A stretch of 64,000 nucleotides of DNA from Candidatus Falkowbacteria bacterium (GTDB lineage Bacteria > Patescibacteriota > Patescibacteriia > UBA11705 > JACRDX01). The notes below the pieces were generated by a model, which worked only from the letters and a program-made list of their open reading frames with translations, did not search any database and had not been told where the DNA came from. Shown here piece after piece: positions 29,506-40,487 of this stretch. Within the stretch, counting starts at the first letter, position 1. Each line of letters starts with the position of its first letter. The translations under genes were made by a program, and so were the position numbers. The stretch is taken from NCBI GenBank assembly GCA_043798985.1, contig JAZDOE010000001.1, positions 309-64,308 of the forward strand, written 5' to 3'.

Positions 29506-30684
29506 ATGGCTGATGGCGATGGGAAGGCAGTAAAATGCAATAGCTGTGTTGATGATTTGCGCAAATTGTTTCAGTCGCAACAAGTGTCGCGACAGGACAA
29601 AGTCTGTTTCGTGGTCGGATTGCTGCTGATGTGCGTGGTAACAACTTTGTTATGGCGCGGCAGTGGTTTGGTGGAGACGTTGTGTTGGTTTGGGGTGTTG
29701 TGCGTTGCCTGCGGGGGATGTTTGCCTGCTTGTTTCCATGTCTGGGATGCGCGTATCATCGGGATTGTGCTATATGTTGGAAGAGGCAAGGATGGGGAGA
29801 TTCATGTACACAAGACCATGCCGCAACAGCTTGGCGAGCACTACTTTTGGTCTGCCAATGTAGATGCTAAAGAGCTTGGTGATCAGCATGTTTTTGCGCC
29901 GGTGTTTAAGCTGCGACTTGGGAGTGTGTTTAACAGCAGCATCGTTGTTGGTGGGTTTCAGAAAAATGATCCGTGCGCTGTTGGATTGGGTAGGGCATGG
30001 TTGTGGTGGCATGGGTCGTCAATTGACGTGGAAATGTCTTACGGCGGGCAGGGCAGCAAGGTTGTTTTAGGTGCGTTGAGAGTTGAACGGGCGTTTAAGT
30101 TGTATGATTATTTGGTGCAACAACGACCCGGTTCAATTGGGTGGTGCATAGGTGAGCTTCGCGACACGCTTCTTGAGGTAGTAGAACAATGTACAAATCA
30201 TGAAGCAATCGCGAAAAATGCGTTGTGCAAGTTGACCAGATGCAAGCAAGCGCTTGCAAAATGTGCTGTGCAGAGAAACGCATTGATGCTTCGCGTTCAG
30301 CGCATTGTCATGTTGCTTGCGGCAAGCAAGGCGATTGAAAAGTCGCATACTTCTGCCGCGGCGCGGCAAATGCTTGAAAACGCGCTGGTGTTGGTCATTG
30401 GTAATGAACTCTCTGGCGTTGGAAACTACAATCAAGATATGTTTCCCGGCAGAGAGAAAGACACTGATTTGAATACTGCTGTGGACAATCTGCTTCGCGG
30501 AATGATGCAATATCCAGAAGTTTTCAAACGCATTCCGGGAGAGACGAGCATAGACAGCGTTGTTGACGCGCTTGCTCGTGTCATCGCGGAGCAAGAGTAC
30601 GAGTTTCAGAGAACGATCATGGTGCGGATTGATAAGGGCACTGGCACAGAGAAAATGGATTTGGGTACAGGAAACAAGCCATAG
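29506..30684 (+). CDS. Hypothetical membrane protein, Cys-rich (orphan cassette)
   Basis: SD before ATG 29506; two N-terminal TMs; C-terminal helical region; terminator follows. Confidence 0.7.
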   Translation: MADGDGKAVKCNSCVDDLRKLFQSQQVSRQDKVCFVVGLLLMCVVTTLLWRGSGLVETLCWFGVLCVACGGCLPACFHVWDARIIGIVLYVGRGKDGEIHVHKTMPQQLGEHYFWSANVDAKELGDQHVFAPVFKLRLGSVFNSSIVVGGFQKNDPCAVGLGRAWLWWHGSSIDVEMSYGGQGSKVVLGALRVERAFKLYDYLVQQRPGSIGWCIGELRDTLLEVVEQCTNHEAIAKNALCKLTRCKQALAKCAVQRNALMLRVQRIVMLLAASKAIEKSHTSAAARQMLENALVLVIGNELSGVGNYNQDMFPGREKDTDLNTAVDNLLRGMMQYPEVFKRIPGETSIDSVVDALARVIAEQEYEFQRTIMVRIDKGTGTEKMDLGTGNKP

Positions 30685-30691
30685 CGCGTTG

Positions 30692-30725
30692 CGCGGCGTT
30701 CAAAATGAACGCCGCGGTTTATTTT
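30692..30725 (+). terminator. Intrinsic terminator
   Basis: CGCGGCGTTCA-aaa-TGAACGCCGCG followed by a T-rich tail. Confidence 0.8.
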
Positions 30726-30857
30726 ATGGTTGCAAAATGTAGGGTTGTGGATAAGTTTGCTTGAAAATTTTTAGAAATTTTGCAGTCTGACATTTTGGCT
30801 AAAATAAGCCAAATTCCGTTTTTAATATAAAAGCGCGCGCGCCAGAAGGTTTTTCTA

Positions 30858-30886
30858 TTGACACGTGCAAAATTCTTTGTTAGTAT
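30858..30886 (+). promoter_or_regulatory. rpoB promoter
   Basis: TTGACA-17-TAGTAT about 240 nt upstream of rpoB. Confidence 0.6.
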
Positions 30887-31124
30887 TAAATCATCATTCC
30901 TCTTATTAAAATCTTTGGCACAAACGTCGCGAGATCGCCCAAAATAAAACTTATTTTGCGTTGAAATCTATTTTCTGGCGCGCGCGTTTGGCAAAGAACC
31001 CACTAATTAAACTTGTTCTCTTGAAGGGGCTTCGGAGCAACAGGTTACAAAATACATGACCGTGGGGACTCAAAATTAAATACTTTTAAATACCTCGTTC
31101 TCTAAGGAAGCGAGATTGTTTTTT

Positions 31125-34100
31125 ATGCCAAAAAAAGCCGCGACCGTTAAAACAAGCCGGAAATATTTTACAAAGTCATACTTTTTGGATCTGCCGGACT
31201 TGATAGAGATTCAAAAAAAATCTTATAACAATTTTTTGCGAACAGGGCTGGAGGAATTGTTGCAGGAAATTTCTCCGATAGTTGACGTGTCTGAAAAAGG
31301 GCTTGAGTTGCATATGCAAGATTATTATTTGGACGAGCCGAAATTTGACGAGGTGACGAGCAAGGAAAAGAACATCACATACGAAGCTCCAATTCGCGTT
31401 AAAGCCGTTTTGATAAATAGCAAAACAAAAAAACGCGAGGCGCAGGAAGTTTATCTTGGCGATTTTCCGATTATGACTGATCGCGGAACGTTTATTATCA
31501 ATGGTATTGAACGCGTGGCAGTTTCGCAGATTATTCGATCAGCCGGCGTGTTTTTTACTTCTGATTACATTCGCGAGAAAAACAGATTTTTTTACGGAGC
31601 CAAGGTAATTCCTAACCGCGGAGCATGGCTGGAATTTGAAACTGACGCGAACAACGTTATCTGGGTTAAAATTGATCGTAAAAGAAAAGTCGCGGCAACT
31701 TCGTTGTTGCGAGCGTTTGGCGTGTCCACTGACGAAGATATCAACAAGCTTTTTTCAGGAGTTGATTCTCATCCTGACATAAAATACATTGACGCCACTT
31801 TGGCAAAAGACGCGGCGCATGATCAAGACGAGGGACTGATGGAAATTTATAAAAGGATACGACCGGGAGATTTGGCTACGCCGGAAAACGCGAAGTCATT
31901 GATTTTCGCGATGTTTTTTAATTTTGAACGTTATGATTTTGGACAGGTTGGCAGATATAAAATGAACCAACGGTTTGGCAATGAGTATCCGTTGATAGAA
32001 GAGCACCGCATTTTGAAAGTTGATGATTTGGTTGCGATAATAAAAGAAATAATTCGCTTAAGCATTACGCAATCTGATGCCGATGATATTGATCATCTTG
32101 GCAATCGAAGAGTTCGCGCGATTGGCGAGTTGATTCAGAATCGTTTCCGAATTGGTTTGGCGCGCATGACGCGTATTATTAGAGACAGGATGTCAACAAT
32201 GGATCCTATTTCGCTTACGCCGTCAAAGTTGATAAACGCGCGACCGGTGATTGGTGTTGTCAGGGAGTTTTTCATGTCTTCCCAGCTTTCGCAGTTTATG
32301 GATCAGACAAATCCATTGTCTGAATTGGAGCATAAACGCAGATTGTCAGCAATGGGTCCGGGTGGTTTGTCGCGCGAGCGCGCGAGCTTTGAGGTGCGCG
32401 ACGTACACGCGACTCATTATAGTCGTATATGCCCGATTCAGACGCCAGAAGGTCCGAACATTGGCTTAGTTGGGCATTTAGCAAGCTATGCGCACGTTAA
32501 TGATTTTGGATTTATTGAGGCGCCATTTTTTGCCGTGACACATAAAGTGACGAAAGATATAAAAGATCCAAAAACAAATCAGATTTTATTTAAAAAGGGA
32601 GCAGTGGTTTTGGGTATTGAGTTGGACACATGCTCTGTTGACGATGAAATAATTGCCAGCAGCGTTGAAACAACAATTACAAAAGACGTTAAATATTTAA
32701 CCGCGATTCAGGAGGAAAAATCAATCACAGCTTCTTGCGTTGTGGCATTTGATGAAAACGGAAAATTTTTGGTGGATAAAACAAGCATGCGTTATTATGG
32801 CAAACCATCTATTGATTATGTTTTTAAAATTGACTATTTAGACGTTGCTTCAAATCAAATTGTAAGTATTGCCACTTCATTGATTCCGTTTTTGGAGCAT
32901 GACGATGGCGCCCGCGCGTTAATGGGATCAAACATGCAACGGCAGGCAATTCCGTGTGTGCACCCGCAAGCCCCGCTTGTTGGAACAGGAATTGAGGCAA
33001 AGGCTGCTTATGATTCTGGTCATTTGATTATTGCCGAGGATGATGGAGAGATTGTCAAAGCTGACGCGCAAGAAATTCATTTGTTATCAAAGAAAGGCGT
33101 TTTGTATAAACATAAGCTTCGCAAATACAGCTGTTCAAACGCTTCAACCAGCATTAACCAACGGACATCAATAGAAAATGGAGCAAAGGTTAAGCGCGGT
33201 GAAGTTTTGGCAGATGGCCCTGCGACAGACCGTGGCGAATTGGCGCTTGGGCAAAATTTACTGACAGCGTATATTTGTTGGGAAGGATATAATTATGAAG
33301 ACGCGATAATTTTGTCTGAACGTTTGGTTCACGATGACAGATTTTCGTCTGTGCATATTGAAACATATTCGGTTGATGTTCGCGACACAAAACTTGGCGC
33401 GGAGCAAATAACAGCTGATATTCCAAACATTTCAGAAGAGCGATTAAAGAATTTAGATGCTGATGGCATTGTGCGCATTGGCGCGACAGTTGCGTCGGGC
33501 GATATTTTAGTCGGAAAAATTACGCCAAAAGGCGAAACCGAGTTGTCGCCAGAAGAAAAATTGCTAAAAGCGATTTTTGGTGAAAAAGCGCGCGATGTGC
33601 GCGACACATCTTTGCGACTTGAGCATGGTGAACACGGAAAAGTTGTTGATGTCCGAATTTTTTCGCAGGAAAATGGTGACAGATTGTCTCCCGGCGTGAC
33701 AAAAACTATTCAGGTGACAATTGCCAATCTGCGAAAAGTTCAGGTGGGTGACAAATTGGCAGGAAGACATGGAAACAAGGGCGTTATTTCCAAGATTGTT
33801 CCGGTTGAAGACATTCCATTTTTGGAAGATGGCACGCCGGTTGATATTATTTTGACACCGCTTGGCATTGTGTCTCGTATGAATCTTGGTCAGGTGCTTG
33901 AAACGCATACTGGTTTGGCAATTAAGAAACTTGGATTTACGGTGGCAACTCCGGCGTTTAATGGCATTACTGAAGAAAAAGTTAAAGAATTATTAAAAGA
34001 AGCAGGATATCCGGAAACAGGGCAAATGTATTTGTATAATGGAAAGACTGGCGAAAGATTTGATCGTCCTGCAACTATTGGCTATCACTATGCGATGAAA

Positions 34101-34484
34101 TTGAACCACATGGTTGAAGACAAGATTCACCAGCGTTCAATTGGACCATATTCTTTGATTACTCAACAGCCATTGGGCGGTAAGGCGCAGTTTGGTGGAC
34201 AAAGATTTGGAGAAATGGAAGTCTGGGCGCTTGAGGCTTATGGCGCGGCCCATATGTTGCAGGAAATTTTGACTATTAAGTCTGATGATGTGATTGGCCG
34301 CGCCAAAGCGTATGAGTCAATTATCAAGGGAGATCCAATCCGCAGGCTGAATGTGCCAGAGTCATTTAATGTTTTGGTGCGCGAACTAAAAGGATTAGTT
34401 CTCGAAGTGCTTTTGTTGAAAAATGGCAAGGTCGTTGACATGGACGCAATCGCACAGGCCAGAAATAATGAACAAAAAAGATAA
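31125..34484 (+). CDS. rpoB: RNA polymerase beta subunit
   Basis: GTFIINGIERV, DIDHLGNRR, SQLSQFMDQ, TPEGPNIG, GDKLAGRHGNKG and GGQRFGEME. Confidence 0.99.
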   Translation: MPKKAATVKTSRKYFTKSYFLDLPDLIEIQKKSYNNFLRTGLEELLQEISPIVDVSEKGLELHMQDYYLDEPKFDEVTSKEKNITYEAPIRVKAVLINSKTKKREAQEVYLGDFPIMTDRGTFIINGIERVAVSQIIRSAGVFFTSDYIREKNRFFYGAKVIPNRGAWLEFETDANNVIWVKIDRKRKVAATSLLRAFGVSTDEDINKLFSGVDSHPDIKYIDATLAKDAAHDQDEGLMEIYKRIRPGDLATPENAKSLIFAMFFNFERYDFGQVGRYKMNQRFGNEYPLIEEHRILKVDDLVAIIKEIIRLSITQSDADDIDHLGNRRVRAIGELIQNRFRIGLARMTRIIRDRMSTMDPISLTPSKLINARPVIGVVREFFMSSQLSQFMDQTNPLSELEHKRRLSAMGPGGLSRERASFEVRDVHATHYSRICPIQTPEGPNIGLVGHLASYAHVNDFGFIEAPFFAVTHKVTKDIKDPKTNQILFKKGAVVLGIELDTCSVDDEIIASSVETTITKDVKYLTAIQEEKSITASCVVAFDENGKFLVDKTSMRYYGKPSIDYVFKIDYLDVASNQIVSIATSLIPFLEHDDGARALMGSNMQRQAIPCVHPQAPLVGTGIEAKAAYDSGHLIIAEDDGEIVKADAQEIHLLSKKGVLYKHKLRKYSCSNASTSINQRTSIENGAKVKRGEVLADGPATDRGELALGQNLLTAYICWEGYNYEDAIILSERLVHDDRFSSVHIETYSVDVRDTKLGAEQITADIPNISEERLKNLDADGIVRIGATVASGDILVGKITPKGETELSPEEKLLKAIFGEKARDVRDTSLRLEHGEHGKVVDVRIFSQENGDRLSPGVTKTIQVTIANLRKVQVGDKLAGRHGNKGVISKIVPVEDIPFLEDGTPVDIILTPLGIVSRMNLGQVLETHTGLAIKKLGFTVATPAFNGITEEKVKELLKEAGYPETGQMYLYNGKTGERFDRPATIGYHYAMKLNHMVEDKIHQRSIGPYSLITQQPLGGKAQFGGQRFGEMEVWALEAYGAAHMLQEILTIKSDDVIGRAKAYESIIKGDPIRRLNVPESFNVLVRELKGLVLEVLLLKNGKVVDMDAIAQARNNEQKR

Positions 34485-34498
34485 ATTAATATATTCAT

Positions 34499-37400
34499 AT
34501 GGCAGAATTAAAAATAAATGACTTTGACTCAATTGCGGTTAAGCTTGCGTCGCCAGATCAAATTCTTGGCTGGTCGCACGGCGAAATCTTGCGGCCGGAA
34601 ACTATTAATTACCGCACGCAAAGGCCGGAAAAAGACGGATTGTTTTGTGAGAAAATTTTTGGACCGACAAAAGACTGGGAGTGCTATTGCGGTAAGTACA
34701 AAAAAATTCGTTACAAAGGAATCGTTTGCGACAAGTGCGGAGTTGAGGTGACACGCGCCATTGTAAGACGTGAACGAATGGGGCACATTACTTTGGCCAC
34801 GCCTGTTTCGCACATTTGGTTTTTGCGCGGTGTTCCGTCAAAAGTCGGTTTGATTTTGGATATTTCCGTGCAAAAGCTTGAAAAAGTTATTTACTTTGCC
34901 AATTTTATAATCATGGACGTTGATCAGCAAGCAAAGGATGAGGAAATTGAAAATTTGAAAAAAGAATTTATCACTCAGCAAAAAACATTGGACAATCAGC
35001 TCAAACAAAAAGTGAGCGCTGTGACGAATAACAATTCAATCCCTAACGCTGATAAGACGGCGGCCATTGTAAAATTGAATCAGGAAATAGAGCAGGAAAA
35101 AACTGATCTTGAAAAACGTTATCAGGAAGAAGATAAAACATTGAAACGTCTTCGTCCGTTGGAGCTTTTGGCAGAGACGACGTTTCAGGATTTATCTTTG
35201 AAATATGGCCATGTGTTTGAGGCTGGTATTGGCGCCGCGGCTGTCCGAAAGCTTTTGGAAAAAGTTGATGTTGAGCAAGAAGTTAAAATAATGGAAAAGC
35301 ATATTAAGAATGACAATGTTGGCGGTGAAAAGAAAATAGTGAACCGTTTGAAATTGTTGCGCAATTTGAAACGAAATAAAATTCGGCCGGAATGGATGAT
35401 TTTGTCCGTTGTTCCGGTTATTCCGCCGGATTTACGGCCAATGGTTCCATTGGATGGCGGCCGCTACGCGACGTCAGATTTGAATGATTTATATCGCAGA
35501 GTTTTGTCGCGCAATAATCGTTTGAAAAAATTATTGGAATTAAACGCGCCAGAGGTGATTTGTCGCAATGAACGCAGAATGTTGCAGGAGGCTGTTGACG
35601 CGTTGATTGACAATTCGGCGCGACATACAAAAGCCGTCGCCGCAACCATGCAAAAGCGGCCGCTAAAATCTTTGGCAGATTATTTGAAAGGCAAGCAAGG
35701 TCGATTTCGTCAGAATTTGCTTGGCAAACGCACGGATTATTCTGGCCGCAGTGTAATCGTTGTTGGTCCGCATTTGAAATTGCATCAATGCGGTTTGCCA
35801 AAAACAATGGCAATTGAACTTTTTAAACCATTTATTATCAGCCGATTAATTCGCGATGGGTTTGTCCATAATATTCGCAGCGCCAATCGTTTTATTGAAC
35901 TGGATCGGCCAGAAGTTTGGGATATTTTGGAAGATGTTGTTAAGGATTCGCACGTGTTATTGAACCGCGCGCCAACATTGCACAGACTTGGCATTCAGGC
36001 GTTTCAGCCGATTTTGGTGGAAGGCAAAGCCATTCAATTGCATCCATTGGTTTGCACTGCGTTTAACGCTGACTTTGACGGCGACCAAATGGCAGTGCAT
36101 TTGCCATTGACCGAAGAAGCTAAGTTGGAAGCAAAGGAATTGATGAGATCAACAAAAAATCTTTTGAAACCAGCGACCGGCCAGTCAATCGTCACGCCAT
36201 CAAAAGACATGATTTGGGGCATTTATTACGTGACGTCTGTAAAAGATGAAAACGCAGAGCCTAAAAAATATTTTGCATCTATTCAGGAGGCGAAAATCGC
36301 GTATGATTTACGTAAGATAACGTTGCGCGACATTATTGCCGTGAGAGTTATTGACGAAGAGTTGAAGAAAAAATGCAAAGATGAAAAATATTTAAAAACA
36401 ACGTTAGGCAGAATTATCTTCAATAAGATTTTGCCGGAAAAGTTGGCGTTTTATAACGCTGTTATTGAGAAAAAGCGGTTCGCTGAAATAATTCAGGGCT
36501 TGTTTGAACATTATGATTTTGAAACCGTTGCGGTTGTGCTGGATGATATTAAAGATTTTGGTTTTAAGCAGCTTACAAAGTCTGGATTTTCATGGGGCAT
36601 GTCAGATTTGCCGGTTATTAAAGAAAAGCAGCCATTGATTGAGGAAGGAAATCGGTTGGTGGATGAAATTGAAAATCAATATGAAGATGGTTTGCTTACT
36701 GCTGACGAGCGGTACACAAAAATTATTGAAACATGGACAGTCATAAAAGATAAAATCGCGGCAGTTAGTAAGCAATATCTGGATACGCAGGGACCGGTTT
36801 ATTCAATGATTGATTCTGGCGCGCGCGGTTCATGGGCACAGCTGATCCAGATGCTTGGAATGAAGGGTTTGGTGATTAATCCTGCCGGACAAATTATTGA
36901 ATTGCCGGTTAAGGCGAATTTTAAAGAAGGGTTTAATGTGCTGGAATATTACATTTCAACGCATGGAACGCGTAAAGGTTTGACTGATACTGCTTTGCGC
37001 ACGGCAAACTCTGGATATCTTACCCGTCGCTTGGTTGATGTAGCGCAAGAGGTGATGGTTTTGAAGGATGATTGCGGAGACATTGATGGATTTTTGGTGA
37101 CTCGTAAAGACGCTGAATCGTGCGGACAAAAGTTTTTTGAACGCATTGTTGGCCGGTATACGGTTCGCGACATTATTTTACCAAAAACACGCAAGCCGCT
37201 CGTGAAAGCAGGCGAGATGATTGTAGCGGATTTTGCGAAAAAGATTGACAAGGAACTTGGAGTTGAAGATGTTTTGATTCGCTCGGCGCTTTCCTGCAAA
37301 TTGAAAAAAGGAATCTGCCAAAAATGTTATGGCATTGACCTCGCTTACAACAAGCTGGTTGAGATTGGAACGGCGGTTGGTGTAATCGCGGCGCAAAGTA

Positions 37401-38434
37401 TTGGTGAGCCTGGCACGCAGCTTACAATGAGAACTTTTCATACCGGTGGCGTGGCTGGTGTTGATATTACGCAGGGTTTGCCGCGCGTTGAGGAAATTTT
37501 TGAAGTCAGACCGCCAAAGAAAAAAGCATTGATGAGCGAGGTTGAGGGTAATGTTGATATTCAGGAAGTCCCGCGCGTGATTCAAGGCACAAAAGGTGAA
37601 ATAGTGGCGCGCACTTCTTTTGGTGAAAAGATTTTGAAGATTAGATTTATTGATAAAGAAAAAGAAGCATTCCAAATGCCGGAAAGCGCGAAATTAAAAG
37701 TCAAAGTCGGAGAGAGCGTTTTGCCGGGCACAGTGATTTTCGTCACAGCTGATAAACACAAAATAAAGAACAAACAAACTGGCATTGTGCAGATTGATGG
37801 TAATAAAATAGAAATTTCCGGCGAACGCGATGCGGAAAAAGAATATCTAATTCCAGCTGGCACTGTGCTTTGGGTAAAAAATGGTGATTATGTTTATGCT
37901 GGCGATCAGCTTACAGAAGGCAGCCTTGATTTGCAGCAGCTTTATAAATTAAAGAGCAAGGAAGCTGTGCAAAAGTATATTTTGAAAGAAATTCAATCTA
38001 TTTATACTTCACAAGGTCAGAAGCTGAACGAAAAGCACATTGAGATTATTATCAAGCAGTTGTTCTCTCGCGTGTATGTTAAAAATGCAGGTGACACCGA
38101 GTTGCTGGAAGGCGAAATCGTTTGCAAATCTGAATTTTTGGACGCGAATGACCGTGTCGGAAAAGGTGCTTTGGCAGAAGGCGAGGATGTTTTACTTGGA
38201 ATTACCAGAGTCGCGTTGACCACCGGTAGCTTTTTGGCAGCGGCCTCATTTCAAGAGACTGCTCGCGTACTTATCAACGCCGCGCTTAGCGCTAAAGCAG
38301 ACGGGTTGGAAGGGCTGAAAGAAAACGTTATTATCGGCCGTTTGATTCCAGCTGGTACTGGTTTTCACAAGCATGGCATTTCTGACCGCGAGGTTGAGGA
38401 ACCGGTTGAAGAAAAAGCGGCGCCAGAAGTTTAA
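34499..38434 (+). CDS. rpoC: RNA polymerase beta-prime subunit
   Basis: Zn finger, GRFRQNLLGKR, NADFDGDQM and QSIGEPGTQLTMRTFH. Confidence 0.99.
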   Translation: MAELKINDFDSIAVKLASPDQILGWSHGEILRPETINYRTQRPEKDGLFCEKIFGPTKDWECYCGKYKKIRYKGIVCDKCGVEVTRAIVRRERMGHITLATPVSHIWFLRGVPSKVGLILDISVQKLEKVIYFANFIIMDVDQQAKDEEIENLKKEFITQQKTLDNQLKQKVSAVTNNNSIPNADKTAAIVKLNQEIEQEKTDLEKRYQEEDKTLKRLRPLELLAETTFQDLSLKYGHVFEAGIGAAAVRKLLEKVDVEQEVKIMEKHIKNDNVGGEKKIVNRLKLLRNLKRNKIRPEWMILSVVPVIPPDLRPMVPLDGGRYATSDLNDLYRRVLSRNNRLKKLLELNAPEVICRNERRMLQEAVDALIDNSARHTKAVAATMQKRPLKSLADYLKGKQGRFRQNLLGKRTDYSGRSVIVVGPHLKLHQCGLPKTMAIELFKPFIISRLIRDGFVHNIRSANRFIELDRPEVWDILEDVVKDSHVLLNRAPTLHRLGIQAFQPILVEGKAIQLHPLVCTAFNADFDGDQMAVHLPLTEEAKLEAKELMRSTKNLLKPATGQSIVTPSKDMIWGIYYVTSVKDENAEPKKYFASIQEAKIAYDLRKITLRDIIAVRVIDEELKKKCKDEKYLKTTLGRIIFNKILPEKLAFYNAVIEKKRFAEIIQGLFEHYDFETVAVVLDDIKDFGFKQLTKSGFSWGMSDLPVIKEKQPLIEEGNRLVDEIENQYEDGLLTADERYTKIIETWTVIKDKIAAVSKQYLDTQGPVYSMIDSGARGSWAQLIQMLGMKGLVINPAGQIIELPVKANFKEGFNVLEYYISTHGTRKGLTDTALRTANSGYLTRRLVDVAQEVMVLKDDCGDIDGFLVTRKDAESCGQKFFERIVGRYTVRDIILPKTRKPLVKAGEMIVADFAKKIDKELGVEDVLIRSALSCKLKKGICQKCYGIDLAYNKLVEIGTAVGVIAAQSIGEPGTQLTMRTFHTGGVAGVDITQGLPRVEEIFEVRPPKKKALMSEVEGNVDIQEVPRVIQGTKGEIVARTSFGEKILKIRFIDKEKEAFQMPESAKLKVKVGESVLPGTVIFVTADKHKIKNKQTGIVQIDGNKIEISGERDAEKEYLIPAGTVLWVKNGDYVYAGDQLTEGSLDLQQLYKLKSKEAVQKYILKEIQSIYTSQGQKLNEKHIEIIIKQLFSRVYVKNAGDTELLEGEIVCKSEFLDANDRVGKGALAEGEDVLLGITRVALTTGSFLAAASFQETARVLINAALSAKADGLEGLKENVIIGRLIPAGTGFHKHGISDREVEEPVEEKAAPEV

Positions 38435-38442
38435 TTTAAGTT

Positions 38443-40284
38443 ATGCGCAAAAATTTGTTTAAAAATATTTTGATATTCGCGGCAGCGCTTTTAGTAATCA
38501 GCAGTTTGTTCAGCTTATACGAGGTGCAAAGCGAAAAGCCTAAGGCAATCGGCGTTCCGGCGCTTGTGCAACAAATTAATAATGCGGAAGTTTCTAAGAT
38601 AGAGATAACTGACAGGTCGCTGGATGTTGTTTTAAAAAATGATGAGAAAGAAACAATCGCGAAAGAAGCTGGCGACACATTTTCTGACTTGATAAAAAAT
38701 TACCAGGTTGATCCTGCCAAATTGGCAGGCGTGGAAGTGGTTGTCAAACAAGAATCAGGCGCCGCGTTTTGGGTGAATGTTTTGGCGCCGATCCTTTTGC
38801 CATTGCTGTTGATTATTGGTTTTATATGGTTTATGACTCGGCAGGTGCAAGGCGCGAATATGCAGGCAATGAATTTTGGCAGAAGCCGCGCGCGCGAAAT
38901 GAAAAAGGGGCAGGTTGGCAATGAAATTGTCACGTTTAAAGATGTTGCTGGCGTTAAAGAAGCAAAAGAAGAATTGCAGGAAATAGTGGAGTTTTTAAAA
39001 CATCCTAAAAAGTTTTTAAAATTGGGCGCGAAAATTCCGCGAGGAGTTTTACTGCTCGGCGCGCCGGGAACAGGTAAAACATTGTTGGCGCGCGCTGTGG
39101 CCGGCGAAGCCGGCGTCCAGTTTTTCAGCATTTCCGGTTCAGAGTTTGTTGAAATGTTTGTTGGCGTTGGAGCGTCTCGCGTGCGAGATTTATTCGCGCG
39201 CGCGAAAAAAAGCGCGCCGTGCATATTGTTTATTGATGAAATAGACGCCGTAGGCCGTCAGCGCGGCGCCGGATTGGGCGGCTCGCACGATGAACGCGAG
39301 CAAACGTTAAATCAGATTTTGGTTGAAATGGACGGGTTTGATCCAACCACAAATTTGATCGTGCTCGCCGCGACAAACAGACCAGATGTTTTGGATCCGG
39401 CTTTATTGCGGCCCGGCCGCTTTGACCGCCGCGTGTTTTTGGATTTGCCGGACATAAATGACCGCGAGGCCATACTGAAAGTTCACGCGCGCAAAAAGCC
39501 GCTGACAGCTGACGCGAATTTGCGCCATGTGGCCGAGCGGACGCCCGGATTTTCCGGCGCTGATTTGGCAAATGTTTTGAATGAAGCCGCGATTTTGACC
39601 GCGCGACGTGACAAAAATAAAATCGGCGAAATTGAAATTTTGGAAAGTATTGAAAAAGTTTTGCTTGGGCCAGAGCGGCAAAGTTGTTTATTGAGCCAAG
39701 ATGAGAAAAAGGTGACTGCGTATCACGAGGCAGGGCACGCGCTTGTCGCGCACATGATGCCGCACGCTGATCCTGTTCACAAAATTTCAATTGTGTCGCG
39801 CGGCAGAGTAGCTGGCTTTACTTTGAATTTGCCGGAAATAGAGCGCAGGCTGCATCGCAAGTCAGAGTTTTTGGATGATTTGGCTGTTTTGCTGGCAGGC
39901 TATGTGACGGAAAAAGAAATTTTTCACGAGGTGACAACTGGTGCTGGAGATGATTTGCGAAAAGCCACGGAATTGAGTCGTGATTTAATCACGCAGTATG
40001 GGATGAGCGATACGCTGTCTCCGCGAATTTACGGTGGCAGAGAAGAAATGATATTTTTGGGACGCGATATTCGCGAGCAGAGAAATTACAGCGAGCGCGT
40101 GGCTGAACAAATTGATTCTGAAATTGATAAATTGATGACTGAAGCAGCTGCGCGAGCGAAAGTGGTTATCAACGAAAATAAAGATCGGCTGGAAAATATC
40201 GTTAAGGTTTTGTTGGAAAAGGAAACAATTGAAAAAGATGAGTTTGTCCAAGTGGTTGGAATTCCAAAGCCAAGCAGGACGTAA
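38443..40284 (+). CDS. ftsH: ATP-dependent zinc metalloprotease FtsH
   Basis: Two TMs, [30 protein letters not shown] and HEAGH. Confidence 0.98.
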   Translation: MRKNLFKNILIFAAALLVISSLFSLYEVQSEKPKAIGVPALVQQINNAEVSKIEITDRSLDVVLKNDEKETIAKEAGDTFSDLIKNYQVDPAKLAGVEVVVKQESGAAFWVNVLAPILLPLLLIIGFIWFMTRQVQGANMQAMNFGRSRAREMKKGQVGNEIVTFKDVAGVKEAKEELQEIVEFLKHPKKFLKLGAKIPRGVLLLGAPGTGKTLLARAVAGEAGVQFFSISGSEFVEMFVGVGASRVRDLFARAKKSAPCILFIDEIDAVGRQRGAGLGGSHDEREQTLNQILVEMDGFDPTTNLIVLAATNRPDVLDPALLRPGRFDRRVFLDLPDINDREAILKVHARKKPLTADANLRHVAERTPGFSGADLANVLNEAAILTARRDKNKIGEIEILESIEKVLLGPERQSCLLSQDEKKVTAYHEAGHALVAHMMPHADPVHKISIVSRGRVAGFTLNLPEIERRLHRKSEFLDDLAVLLAGYVTEKEIFHEVTTGAGDDLRKATELSRDLITQYGMSDTLSPRIYGGREEMIFLGRDIREQRNYSERVAEQIDSEIDKLMTEAAARAKVVINENKDRLENIVKVLLEKETIEKDEFVQVVGIPKPSRT

Positions 40285-40325
40285 ATGCCCCGCATTTTAT
40301 CTGTAAAGTACGAAATGATTGCGGG

Positions 40326-40371
40326 GTCCCGCCATCGAGGCGGGATAGAGACGAGGCATTGCCTCGTCTCT
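40326..40371. repeat. Composite palindrome: TCCCGCC/GGCGGGA hairpin fused to a family B element
   Basis: GTCCCGCCATCGAGGCGGGAT directly followed by AGAGACGAGGCATTGCCTCGTCTCT. Confidence 0.8.
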
Positions 40372-40387
40372 TGGGTTTGCGCGACGG

Positions 40388-40479
40388 TTGACAAAAAGTA
40401 AGGTCTGATGTAAGATGATTTTGCTGTGGTAAAACCATTTGGTTCAGACCCGCCAGCGTTTAGTTCTTTCAAAGAGGAG
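40388..40479 (+). promoter_or_regulatory. Promoter, boxA-like motif and SD of DGR target-like gene
   Basis: TTGACA-17-TAAGAT; GTTCTTTCAAAG at 40463-40474; GAGGAG. Confidence 0.7.
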
Positions 40480-40487
40480 CAACTACC

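Noticed and set aside
30746-30754. DnaA box (TGTGGATAA) as replication origin
   Set aside because: Single box, no cluster and no dnaA/dnaN nearby
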